NCBI RefSeq assembly: GCF_902713615.1
Contig: NC_052156.1
Location: 3,344,648-3,408,647, forward strand
DNA: 64,000 nucleotides
Reading direction: 5' to 3'
From: Scyliorhinus canicula
Lineage: Eukaryota
Shown here: positions 48,610 through 60,468 of the stretch, piece by piece
How the letters are laid out: each line of letters starts with the position of its first letter
Numbering within the stretch: the first letter of the stretch is position 1
Program-made: the position numbers and the translations under genes
The notes under the pieces: model-generated
What the model saw: the letters and a program-made list of their open reading frames with translations, nothing else
Told to the model about the DNA's origin: nothing
The model's database searches: none

Positions 48610-50853
48610 ACTGGAAACTTGTAAGAATGATCTGGCGATATTGACGGGTGTTTTAAATCTCTGCAGCCTTGATGAGAAGGTCATAAAATGTTTTTGGGAT
48701 AGATTCTTAGAACAGCACCAGAGAAAGCAAGCTTACTAGACTTGGTATTGTGCAAAAATGAGGACAATTCATTAATGCCATTATAGTGAAGTAGCTGTCA
48801 TTATATGATTGAATTTTACATTCAGTTTGAGGGAGAGAAGAGTGGATCTAAGACTCGTATTTTAAATTTAAATAAGGGTAATTCTGAGGGCATGAAAGCA
48901 GAGCTAGCCAAAGTTAAATTTGCAAATTAGACTATGGGATAGGTCAATAGAGATGCAGTGGCAGACAGTTAAGGTGGTATCTCAGAATACACAGAATAAA
49001 CATAGTCTAACGAGAAAGGAAAATTCCACGGCGAGAACCATATAATTGTGCAAGAAAGGGTGGCAGGTCAGAATACAAAATTGGACAAGATATAAAAAAC
49101 AGCAAAGAGTGACAAAGATTAATAAGGAAGGCAAAATCAAGAGTACAGGAGAAAGCTAATTAGAAATATAAATACAGATAGTTAAGATCTCTAAAGATAT
49201 TTTTAAAACTAGAGTGAACGTTGGTCCTGTAGAAATTCGTATAGGAATTACTAAAGAGATGCCATGTCATCAGCCTTCTCTATATAGAGGATACCAGTAA
49301 CATCACCAAAATAGCTGTAAGTCAGGAATTGGAAGGGAAGAACTCCAGAAAATTACAATCACCAGGGAAGTGGCACTGAGCACATTGTTGGGAACTGCGG
49401 GATAAAACTTCCAGGGATACCGATGGAATTTATCCTAGGGTCTTAAAAGAAGTGGCTAATGAGATAGTTGATACATTGGTTTTAATTTTCCATAATTGTC
49501 TAGATTCAGGGACGGTTCCCTTAGATTGGAAGTTACCAAATGTAACTTTATTCAAAGGAGGGGTGGTGGGGGAAGGGGGAGGACAGGAAACTACAGGTCA
49601 ATTAGCTTAACATTCTGTAATAGGAAAATATGAGACGCTATTGTTAAAGATATTATAACAGGGCACTTAGATAAATTCAAGGCAGAGTCAACATGGTCTT
49701 GTGAAAGGGAAATCATGTTTTAACCAATTTATTGGGAGTCCTTTGAAGAGTGTGCTGTGGTTTAAAGGGAACCGGTGGATATGCTCTTCTATTTCCAGAA
49801 GGCTTTGAGAAGGTGCCTCATCAAAGTTTATTGCGGAAAGTAAAAGCTCATGGTGTGGATGCGTGAGTGGCATGGATAGAAGATTGGCTAGCTAGCAGGA
49901 GAGTAGGCATAGTTGGGTCTTTTTCAGGTTGGCAAGATGTAACGAGTGGCGTACCACAAGGATCGGTGCTGGGGCCTCAACTTTTTTCAATTCACATAAA
50001 TGACATGGATGAAGGAACCGAAGGTATGATTGGTAAATTTGCTGATGACACATAGATAGGTAGGAAAGGAAGTTGTGAAGAGGACTTAAGGAGGCTACAA
50101 AGGGATAGATGGCTTCCGTGAGTGGACACAGATCTAGCAAATGGAGTATAATTTGTGAAAATGAACATTCTCAGAGGTATAAAAAGCGCAGTTCAGAGGT
50201 TTACTAGACTAATATATGGAATGGGCTGGTTGTCTTATCAGGTAAGGCTTGGATAGGTTAGGCTTGTATCAGCTGGAGTTTAAAAGAGTAAAGGCAACTT
50301 GATTGAAACATAAATGATCCAGAGAGTTATTGACAGGGTGGATGTGGAGAGGATGTTTCCTCTTGTAAGAGAGTATAGAACTAGGGGGTCACTGATTTGG
50401 GACAGAGGTAAGAATTTTCTTTTCATTCGGAAGAGACAGTGTTTGAATATTTTTAAGGCAGAGAGAGGTATCTAGATTCTTGTTAAGGGGTGAAAGGTTA
50501 TCGGGGGGCGGAGGAAGCAGGAATGTGGGATTGAGGTTACAATCTGATCAGCCACTGATCATATTGAGCGGTGAAGCAAACTGGAAAGGTGAGTGGTTTC
50601 CTCTGCTCCTAATTCATATATTCTCGTGTGTGTGGGTTAGTTGAACAATGAACTTATTCACTTCCTGAACTTATAAACCTTCCATTTCAATGAGACCCGA
50701 ATTGCACAATGCTTTGCAGCAGAGGTAGGCCATTCAGCCCGACTAGTCTATGCTGGTGCTTATACTCCACACCAGCTCTTCCCAACCCTGCTCAATCTCA
50801 CCCCATCAGAACTGTCTAAACGATTGGAAGTTTTCAACACAGTCATTACCTAC

Positions 50854-51524
50854 CAGAAAGGGGCAGCAGGGCACCATGTTTAATTCTAGTTCTTTCTGTG
50901 CGCTAAAGTTGCCAGCCGGAGGGTTTAAATTGGAGAAGACAAACTGGGTGACCACCTTGCCCGTTTCCTGCTGGCTCATCATATCGGACACACTCAGCAT
51001 GTGATGTTCCACTTTAGTTGGAGTTAACAGTTCTGGCACGTGGCTGCCCCCCAGGCTGCTGGAAGGGGTCAGTGCCCCACTGGATGAGAGACCCTGCAGT
51101 TCCTGACAGGCTCCCGCAGATCGCATCGACAAGGAACTCAGGGACCCTAGTGGTTCCGTACTGACTGGCTGCACACCGTCCAAGTTCAAGCTAGTTTGCT
51201 GCAAGACGCTCGTAGTGAGGCCCAGGTTGCTGTCTATGGTGTGCGACATATCCGTGGCAGCTACGATAAGAGGGTCTGAGGCTTGCACCATGGCGTTGCT
51301 GTTAACAGAAACTGCCCCTCCAAGAGTGGACCCCACAGATGCAGCGTCAATTGTCAGGATTCCAGAGCTGACAAGCGATATATCTGGTGAGATGCTGACT
51401 GGATTGACAGGGACGGTGGTGAAGAGCGAGGCAATGTCCACGTTGCTGAGGTCGCCTTGGCTCGGGCTGGTCAGCTCACTGCTTGGGGTCAAGGAGCCCG
51501 TCATTTCCAACTGGGAGAACAAAT
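50854..51524 (-). CDS. ZXDC: ZXDC exon 6 (Ser/Leu-rich activation region, DLFSQLE...MVPCCPFL)
   Basis: tgtttcag acceptor, gtaggt donor, 671 nt phase 1->0; SLTPSSELTSP, SSGILTIDAASV, KVVTQFVF, FSAQKE motifs. Confidence 0.93.
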
Positions 51525-52469
51525 CTGAAACAGAGATGTTCAGAAAATCTATCAATTCAGAGCAGGCACTACCAATTCTACTTAAAATCACAGAAACACA
51601 TTGTGGGTGGAGGCTACTTTAGCCTAATGTTACCTGTGCTAACTCTTTGGTAAAGCTATCCAATCTGTCCACTCCCCATAACTTTCCCCAGAGCCCTGCA
51701 ACTATCTCCTTTTCAAGTATTTATCCAGCTCCCCTCGAAAGTTGCTATCCAGGCAGTGAATTCCAGATTACACTGTGTAAAAATATTTTGAAACCCACCC
51801 TGGTGCTTTTCCTAATTATCTCAAACTTGTATCCTTTGAATTTTGGACTGTCCAATAACTGTAAATAGTTTATCTTTATTTACTCAAACAAACCCTTCAG
51901 GATTTTCTCTATCAAACTAATCAGTCAGAGAGGGATGTGTCACGGACAACAACCTGTATTCATATAGCACGTTCAACAAAGTAAATAACGCACGGTGCTT
52001 CACAGGAGTGTTCAAACAGGTGGCCAAAATCCCTGGTCAAAGACGTAGGTTTTAAGGAGAGGTTTGTAGGGGAATGAGGTAAAGAGAATTAGTAGAGGAG
52101 GCAAGACCATGGAGGGATTTGAAAAAGGATGAGCATTTTTAAATTGAACATTTCCTGGCAAGTCAATGCATGTCAACAAACAGGAGGTGACTAACGAACT
52201 GGACTCGGTGCAAGTTATCAGCTGGAGTTTGTGGTCAGTGGAAGATGGGAAGTGAGCAAGACAAGTGTTGGAATAGTCTCGAGGTAAAGAGGTCATGGAT
52301 GAGAGTTTTAGCAGTGGATGGGCTAAGACAGAAGCAGGGTCAGGCCACGTTATGGAGATGGGTGTAGGTAGTCTTGATAATGAAGGGTCAAAACACAACA
52401 CCAAAGCCAACGGTTTGGTTCAGATTTAGCCTGTTGCCAGGGAGAGGGATAGAGTCGGTGGCTAAATCA

Positions 52470-52797
52470 ACAGAATTTACAGTTCAGAAGTAGGCCATTT
52501 GGCCCATTGAGTCTGCACCGGCTCTTGGAAAGAGCAGCCTACCTAAGCCCACCCTCCACCTTATCCCCGTAACCACACCTAACCTTTTTGGACACTCAAG
52601 AGCAATTTATCACGGCCAATCCACCTAACTTGCACAGCTCTGGACTGTGGGAGGAAACCGGAGCACCCAGAGGAAACCCACGCAGACATGGGGAGAACGT
52701 GTAGACTGCGCACAGAGTTGACCCAAGCCGGGAATCGAACCTGGGACCCTGGAGCTGTGAGGCAACTGTGCTAACCACTCTGCTACCATGCTGCCCC
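52470..52797 (-). mobile_element. HE1-like V-SINE
   Basis: ggggcagcatggtagcagagtggttagc head, V-domain, CR1-type tail. Confidence 0.85.
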
Positions 52798-53227
52798 ATT
52801 AGGAGGCCCAACTGCCTCTCACATGCTCATATGGTGGACAGACAGGGAGGTGGATTTGAGACCAGGAAGAGATCAGCCATGATTTGATTGAATGGTGGAG
52901 CAGGCTCGAAGGGCTGAATTGCCGAGTCTGCTCCTAGTTCCTATGTACCGAAATGTAACAACATAGAGCAGAAGCTAATTCCAGATATTACATTCCAGCC
53001 AACACTGACAGGTGTAACCTCAGCCACCCACAGTGTGAAAACTAGGAACACCACGAGGAAACATCGCTTCTGCACCCAGGTACAGAAACATTGCTGACAT
53101 GATTGTTGGGAGAAAGGAGGGGCAGGAGCCCAATGCTTCAAAAATCACTGACTGGGATAGCCCATTGTTAGGGTGTCCACTGAAACAGGCCAGTGGGAGG
53201 ATAAAGTTCCTATAATCCTGCACTGCG

Positions 53228-53580
53228 GGCAGCACGGTACACAGTGGCTAGCACTGTGGCTTCACAGCGGCAGGGTCCCAGGTTCGATTCCCCGCTGGGT
53301 CACTGTCTGTGCGGAGCCTGCACGTTCTCCCGTGTCTGCGTGGGTTTCCTCGGGGGCTCCGGTTTTCCCCCCCCCACAGTCCAAATCCCTCCATGGTCTT
53401 GCCTCCTCTGCTAATTCTCCAGGTTAGGTGGATTGGCCATGATAAATTGCCCTTAGTGTCCAAAAAGGTTAGGAGGGGTTATTAGCTTACAGGGATAAGG
53501 TGGATGTGAGGCCTTAAGTGGGTCAGTGCAGACTCGATGGGCTGAATGGCCTCCTTCTGCTCTGTATGTTCTATGTTCTA
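53228..53580 (+). mobile_element. HE1-like V-SINE
   Basis: gggcagcacggtacacagtggctagc head; tail gatgggctgaatggcctccttctgc...(ttctatg)n. Confidence 0.85.
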
Positions 53581-53643
53581 GCCAAGACCAGGAAATGCTG
53601 CCACAGTCATAAGTAGAGATCGAGCGAGTCAAGGTGACCATAC

Positions 53644-53814
53644 CAGGGCTGATATTGTGCTGCTTCATCATGTGGGTCTTGATGCTGTGCTTAGAATTGA
53701 AGAGCTTGCTGCAGTTGTAGAGAGGGCAGCGAGTTTTCACCTTGTCTGCATCCTCTAGGTGTTTCTTGGAGTGGATGTACAAACTGCTACGTGCTGAGAA
53801 CCTGGCTTCACAAC
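53644..53814 (-). CDS. ZXDC: ZXDC exon 5 (end of finger 9, finger 10)
   Basis: gcgcag acceptor, gtatgg donor, 171 nt; CEARFSARSSLYIHSKKH, CPLYNCSKLFNSKHSIKTHMMKQH. Confidence 0.95.
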
Positions 53815-54639
53815 CTGCGCACATGGGAAACTTGCATTATGTAAAGACAATTCATTCTAGAAAAACGCCCCACACCTCCAATATCTTCATCTGAACAAAT
53901 ACAAAATACATAATGTATACATGCAGAAAACGTACAACTGTATAAATACAGAAAATATCTAATGTACAGCACAGAAACAGGCCTTCCACCCATGTCAGTG
54001 TTTAGACTCCAAGTGAGTCTCCTCCAATCCCTCTTCATCTCACCCAATCAGCATTTCTTTCTATTCCTTTGTCCTTCATGTGTCTATCCAGCTTCCCCTT
54101 AAATGCAACTCAACCATTCCCTCCAGTATTTTCTCCACTCTGGGTTTGAGAGGTTTTTCTGAATGTCCCATTGGGTGTATTAGTGACTAGCTTAGGTTAA
54201 CACTCCCACTAACCCACAACAGGCAACATCTTTTGTAGATCCACCATGTCAAACCCTTTCATTACCTAAAGTAAGGAGCCCAACCCGTTCACTTTCTCCG
54301 GATTGCTCTAGCCCCTCAGTGCTGACACCATTTTTGCAATCCTTTCTCCAACGTTTCGTAACATTTTCCGAATTCAACTTGTGATCTTTTGGGGGAATAA
54401 ATTATTACTCTTAAAATAATTTGGTGGCAGAGGAGAGAACATTACTGTACTGTCAATATGTTGTGTTACAATGTGTGACCCAACTCAGCTGTTACACCTG
54501 GGACTTGAAACACAAACATCGGTTATAAAATTTAGGAGTTTGAGGAATGGCGGAGGACGGTCTGTATTTATATAGCACCTATTGCTGTACAGGCCCGCAT
54601 GGCAGGCATTAGGAAGCAGCTGGGACTCGCAATCTCACC

Positions 54640-54830
54640 AGTCAGATTAGGTTGAAGAGTCCCACTCCAGAGACTCGAGCCCCTAACCTACCGAGGGAAC
54701 GCTGCACTCTCAGAGGTGCTGTTGCTTGGGTGAGATGTTAAATTGAGGCCTCGTCTGCCCACTCAGGTGGATAGAAAAGATTCCTAACATATTCTTCCCA
54801 ATGTCCTGGCCGATATTTGCCTCAACAGCT
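54640..54830 (+). mobile_element. Ancient DeuSINE-like (Deu-domain) fragment
   Basis: gagggaacgctgcactctcagaggtgctgt...gagatgttaaattgaggcctcgtctgcccactcaggtgga resembles the Deu core as I recall it; smaller pieces near 45870-45915 and 46315-46440. Confidence 0.5.
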
Positions 54831-54995
54831 TTAGCCACCAGGCAATTGGAGAGAACTCCATCACACACCTGCTTAGAGTCTCACCTGACTAACTGGTAAC
54901 CTTTTCGTTCTGGCCTACCCAGCACTCAGTTGCTCTTTTACTATCAAGGAACTAAAGTATGACTCCTGTACCCACACAGACTAGCTGGGACGCAC

Positions 54996-55126
54996 CTTCG
55001 ACAGGACAAACAAACGGCCTGGTTCCGAGGTGAGTGATGCTGTGCCCTTTCAGGTGCTCTGCCCTGGTGAATGATTTGCCGCATCCATCCACAGGGCAGA
55101 CAAACCTCCGATCATCTTCGTGGGTC
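54996..55126 (-). CDS. ZXDC: ZXDC exon 4 (finger 8)
   Basis: cctctag acceptor, gtgcgt donor, 131 nt phase 2->1; CPVDGCGKSFTRAEHLKGHSITH. Confidence 0.96.
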
Positions 55127-55782
55127 CTAGAGGAAATACAACAAACTGTTTTAGAGCTCGTCACGTTGCAACTTCAGGCTGTGAAAGGGCTGCACCAGGA
55201 AACACGACACAGTTTATTTTGAGAGCTGGGTGAGGTACTAAAGGTCACACATGAGGAAAGCTCTAAGGCTGCAAAGGGTAAAAAAGAGGGGAAATAACAA
55301 TAGCGACTAGCTAACAACAGGCTAGTTTTAGAAACAGGAAGCTATTAAGCCCCGAAACCTGTTCACCATTCCTTACATCATGGCTGATCTAAATAACATT
55401 TTAAAACGTTTAGGTTGTGACAGTAAGAGAAGACGGGGGCATTTCACCGTTTCGAGATCCTGGGAATGAAATGAGAAGTTTAAAGCATACGAGTGCGGGG
55501 GCCATTTGTCTAATCCTGTGTCAGCCACAGCTCAGCAGCGAGCACTGTTTTGAAAAGCAGGGAAATTCTCCCCAATGCCGTGGCCAACATCACGATAAAC
55601 AAATCATCTGCTCATTATTGCACTGCTGTTTGTGGGTCCTCTGTACAAACTGGTTGCTGTGTTTCACATTACAACAGTGACCACACTGTGCTAAATTTCA
55701 ATTTATAAATTGCAGCTTTGCGCACACAGTCTGATGGAAACCCCCTGGAGACCAACACTGATTTTTGGGCTTTCTAATTTAC

Positions 55783-55861
55783 CTTTTGTGTCGTAGTAAT
55801 TTTGACATGCAGGTGAATGACCAGCCACAGCCATCGAAGTCACATATAAAGGGTCTTTCAC
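55783..55861 (-). CDS. ZXDC: ZXDC exon 3 (finger 7)
   Basis: gtgcag acceptor, gtaaat donor, 79 nt phase 1->2; ERPFICDFDGCGWSFTCMSKLLRHKR. Confidence 0.95.
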
Positions 55862-56343
55862 CTGCACAAGAAAGATTGTCCTTTTAAAAATCTGCGGCGA
55901 CAATTATTCCAGTTGAGCTCAGAAATTTTACAGCATTCCAACCAAGTTAAAACATTAACACCCAGCGGTGATGATACACAATTTGGAAAGCATCCTCATA
56001 GCACTCAATGCACCAAACCCGTAAGACTGAGGAAGGGTATGCATTCTGCATCTGTCTGCAACGACAGTAGAGTCTACAGTCGCCAGGCTGAAACAGGAAA
56101 AGGCTGTTCCAATTGAAGGAAATTGTAAATGTTTCCACACAAAGGGAAGAGCTACAAAGCTTCCCATCTCTGAAAACTGGAGCTGTTTTGACATTACAGT
56201 GACTCCACTGAAAACATCAATACTTACAGCTGAACAGCCTGTTTTAAACAGTCCTGTCATAACAGTTAACCAGAGTGAGATTCCTTTAAGAGCTCCAGAG
56301 AAGAAATCTTGGCTGAACCAGACTGCCCCACTTATCAGCCTAC

Positions 56344-56496
56344 CCGTGTGGCTTCTCAGGTGAATCTTCAAGCGGCAGGCTTTGTCGTAACGTTTGTCAC
56401 AGCCTGGGAAGGAGCAGATGAAGTGTTCCTGATCTCGGAAGTGGGAGCGGTTGTGAGATCCGAGGGCACTGATGGTAATGAACGTCTTCTCGCAAC
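56344..56496 (-). CDS. ZXDC: ZXDC exon 2 (end of finger 5, finger 6)
   Basis: gttgcag acceptor, gtaggc donor, 153 nt; CEKTFITISALGSHNRSH, CSFPGCDKRYDKACRLKIHLRSHTG. Confidence 0.96.
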
Positions 56497-58099
56497 CTGC
56501 AACAGAAAATGAGTTTTGCCAGCTTTAAAACAAAACACACACATGGCCATCTCCAGATATTGGTCTGCATTAATAATGCAAAAACAAAAAAAGTGTCCAT
56601 TTATGCGTCGATAGAACGCAATGAATCCTAGACATGCAGCTGTATGGGAACTCCCCACACTATCCACGGGTAGCCTCGTGTCTGGACCATAGTCATAATG
56701 CCCGTGTCTCTCCACCTATCACTTTAACCGAGCTGTGTCAAATTTGTGTTCCCTTGAAGTGCTACGGAAAACTGTCACATTGTTGTTGAAAAACTAGCTC
56801 GTCTGGACAACTAAAGACACCAACCAATCAAGTCGGTGTACTGTCCTTCAACATCCGAGAGGCTGAATGGCTTCTACATGTAATAAAACCTGATATGCTG
56901 TCTTGTGTTATGCTTCAGGTTGATGACTTTTTGTTCTGGTGAAAGGTCATCGATCTCAGACGTTGGCCATTTCTATCCTGCCCAGGTGTGGCCACACCTG
57001 CTGAATATTTGCAGCATCTACAGTACAGCCTTGGGTCTCTCTGTGTTTTATCATTCTAATGTTACAAGCAAATCAGTTGCAGAAAATTCAACCCAACTTT
57101 TCTCACCATAACTTCCCATTCCTTTCTCTCTCCCTCTAAATGTCTCGATACTCTTCACCTGAACCACACCCTGTGGGAGCGAGTTCCAAATTCTCACCCC
57201 TGTCTGGGTAAAGAATCTTCTAAATTCCTGATTAGATTTATTAGTGGCTGTTGTATTGCCCCTACAAATGGAAACATCTCCATGTTTGCCGTTAAGTAAA
57301 AGCTGAGGTGTCGGGTTAAACAGGACAGCTTTCCACCTGTACTGAATACAGCCATGAACATTTCCTCTCCAATTTCATGTCCAATTCTAACTAATTCCCA
57401 TAGGAGAGGTTTTCACGACAGTATATCATTCAGCTCATCGTGTCGGTGCTTTGAAAGTTGTGCAACTGCCCTGTTTTCTGCCCCACCTCCAAAGAATTCT
57501 GTCATTTTCTCCCTTCAAACACATATTCCTTATTATGGATGCTCGGAGGGGACCCCTGCTGCCAATTGGGAACATCAAAACAGAGGAGGCCCCTTGAGCC
57601 TGTTCTGAACGAGATCATGGCAGATCTGTGACCAAATTCCCAACTTTGCCTTCAATAGTTCAAGCTGAAAAAATTCTATCAGTCTCAGAGCTAAAACGAA
57701 CAACTGATCGACTAATAATCGCCTCTGGTGGAAGGGACTTCCAATATTGTGCGGGTGTAGAGTATTTCCTAATTAAAACTCTTGAAAATCTAAATCAGCA
57801 GTAATATTTTTTTAATCTCCCTTAAATGTTCCCCGAAAGCATTGACCAAATCACCCCTGAACTCTCACAATTCCAGGACAAGAACTCTGCTTTATTTAAT
57901 CGCTCCTTGTAATCTTACACTTGGAAGCTGAGTGAACTTTCCTTCAGAGGACAATACTTCCTTCTGAAAGTATATTGTGAGTTTGTCATAGTACAGATAG
58001 ATTTATGGGTTCTGAAAGAATTAAGGAACAGGAGGATAGAGCAGGAAGATGGGTTTAAATAGATCAGCCACAAATTTCTTAAATGGTTCCATAGGCTCG

Positions 58100-59345
58100 A
58101 AAGACCATAAAACGGAGGAGCAGAATTAGGCCATTCGGCCCATTGAGTTGGTTCTGCCATTCAATAAAATGGCTGATCTGATATAATCCTCAACTTTCCC
58201 TCCTTATCCCCATAATCCTTGGTTCCCTTACTGATTAAAAATCAATCTCAGCCTTGAACATAATAAACAACACAGCCTCTCCATCTCTCTGCGGTAACGA
58301 ATTCCACAGGTTCACTACCTTCAGAGAAGAAATCCCCCCCTCTCCCCCAATCGCTGTCTTAAATGAGCAACCATTTACTCTGTGATTATGCCCTCTGGCC
58401 CGAGGCTCTCCCACAAGGGGAAACAACCTCTCACTTTCTAAGGTTGCATCAGTCTTCCAAACTCCAATGAGTACAGGCCCAACCTACTCAAACAAATGAC
58501 CAAATACAGCCCCTGCTACTTACGTTCTATCATTGCAGGGACTTTTATTTCTTTGTATTCTAGCCCTCTGGATATAACGGCCAGCATTCCTTCAGCCTTT
58601 TTGATTATTATCTTTATGACATGATCTCCGTACCTGGAAGCCCAGGTCTCTCTGAATTTCCAATGTTTTTAACTTTTCACCAGTTTGAAATTCTCCTGTT
58701 CTACCGCGATACAGAGTGGAAGAGCACACATTTGCCCACATTGAAATCCGTTTGTCCATTTACTTAATCTATTCATGATTTTGCAATTTGATGGACCCAT
58801 CCACACTGTGCATAATGTTGCCTATCTTTGTGTCACTGGAAAACTTTGATGTATGACCCCACCCCATCAACTATATTGCTAATAAAGGTGAACAGATGAA
58901 GCAACAAACGCAGGTTCTATGTCCCACACCCAGTTGAAGAACCCATATCATTCAACCCGTGGACTTCAGAGCTTATGTTATGAGAGATTATACAAATTTT
59001 CTCTAGAATTTACAAGGTTAAGGGGTGATCTGATCAAAGTCTTCAAGACATTAACAGGAAAAGACAGAGTAGATAAAGATAAAGTATTTCCACTGGTTGG
59101 AGATTCTAAAACCTGGGGGCACAGTCTAGAAATTAAAGCCAATCCGTTCAGGAGAGATGTTAGTCAGCACTTCTTCACTCAAACGGCAGTAGAGGTTTGG
59201 AACTCTCTCCCACAAACAGCAATTGATGCATGATCAGCTGTTAATTTTAAATCGGAGATAGACTTTTGGAAAGCAAAAATATTAAGGAGTTAAAGGCCAA
59301 AGGCAGGAGGCCACAGATCAGCCTCGATCTCACTAAATGGTGTAT
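58100..59345. mobile_element. Degraded CR1 3' fragments in both orientations
   Basis: Minus: MFPLVGEPRARGH...VVNLWNSLPQ (58235-58426); plus: LRGDLIKVFK...FFTQTAVEVWNSLPQ (58919-59233). Confidence 0.75.
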
Positions 59346-59482
59346 TCCTGTTCCCACCTTCCTAACCAGATCAATAATTCCACCTGATTCAACATTAGCG
59401 AACAGTCTATCGTGGGGAACTTTATCGAGTGTCTTCTGCCGGTCCCCCCGATAGCCCGTGTCTGGGTTTGGCTCTGGCTTAC

Positions 59483-60431
59483 CCGGCACGTCGCACTTGT
59501 AGGGCCGCTGGGGCTCGAAGTGGCTGCGCCGGTGGCCGCTGAGCTTGAGGGCGGTGGCGAAGGGCTGCGAGCAGACCTCGCAGACAAAGGCCAGCTCCTG
59601 GACGTGGGCCTTCATGTGGGCCTTGAGGTTATAGACGGTGGTGAAGCGCTTGCCGCAGCGCTCGGCTTGGCAGCCGAAGGGCCGCAGCTTGCCGTGCGAG
59701 TGTAGGTGGCGTTTGAGTTTGTAGGAGGTGGTGAAGGCCCACTCGCAGCCGGGCACGCTGCAGCGGAAAGGCCGCGGGCTGTGTGACAACTGGTGCACCT
59801 TCAGCAGGTGCTTCTTGTCGAAGGCCTCCCGGCAGTTGTGCTCGGGGCACGGGTACAGGGCAGGGCCCGAGGCCTTGGCGCCGTGATCCAACCCCAGGCC
59901 TTCGGACAGCTTCATCAGCACATCCCCGCTCTCCGTTAGGATCAGGTCCCCGTAGGAAGCGCCGGGGGCCGGCCCGGCCCCGCACTCGAGGCCCAGGCTG
60001 CCCGCCTCCTGTAGGCCCGGCTCCGGTTCGGACTCTGGCTCGGGGTAGGCCGTAGCCTGGGGCTGGCCTGCGCTCGGCGCCGCCTCCCCCGCACCAGGCG
60101 CCGCCAGGAGGAGGAGGCCGTTCTCGATGCGGACCAGCAGGTTGCGGTTGTTGATGGTGATGGTGCCGGAGAGGCCGGCGGGGGGCTCGGGCCTAGCGGG
60201 GGGAGCCGGGCGCGGCGGGGCCTCGGGGCTGACAGTCAGCCCCAGGCCGGGCCCCGCGCCCTCCCCGCCCGCCTCCAGCTCGGCCTCGCCGCCCAGGCTC
60301 AGCAGCACCAGGATGTCGGGCTCGGTCCGTCCGCGGCCCTCCGCCTCCTCCGCTCCGTGTGGCTGTGCGCCCGGCAGCTGCTGGCACTCCAGGCCCAGGC
60401 TCAGGCCCGGGCCCGGCCCCTGCCGATCCAT
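59483..60431 (-). CDS. ZXDC: ZXDC exon 1 (N-terminus, fingers 1-4, start of finger 5)
   Basis: gggATGg start; GTITINNRNLLVRIENG motif; FTTSYKLKRH and FTTVYNLKAHMK fingers typical of the ZXD family; donor gtaagc, 949 nt phase 1. Confidence 0.95.
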
Positions 60432-60468
60432 CCCCGTTCTCCCCGCGGCTCTGGCGGGAACGGCGACG

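Larger units (their letters stand above)
47820..50610 (+). mobile_element. Old, heavily degraded near-full-length CR1 (ORF1 zinc finger/esterase and ORF2 remnants)
   Basis: CSDC...CRKCLQIRQLGLRVAELESEL; VIGDRIVR (SGNH-like); [19 protein letters not shown]. Confidence 0.75.

Noticed and set aside
59247-59482. ZXDC exon 1 ORF extension beyond the donor
   Set aside because: It breaks finger 5 and runs into CR1-derived sequence; the gtaagc donor joins exon 2 in phase.
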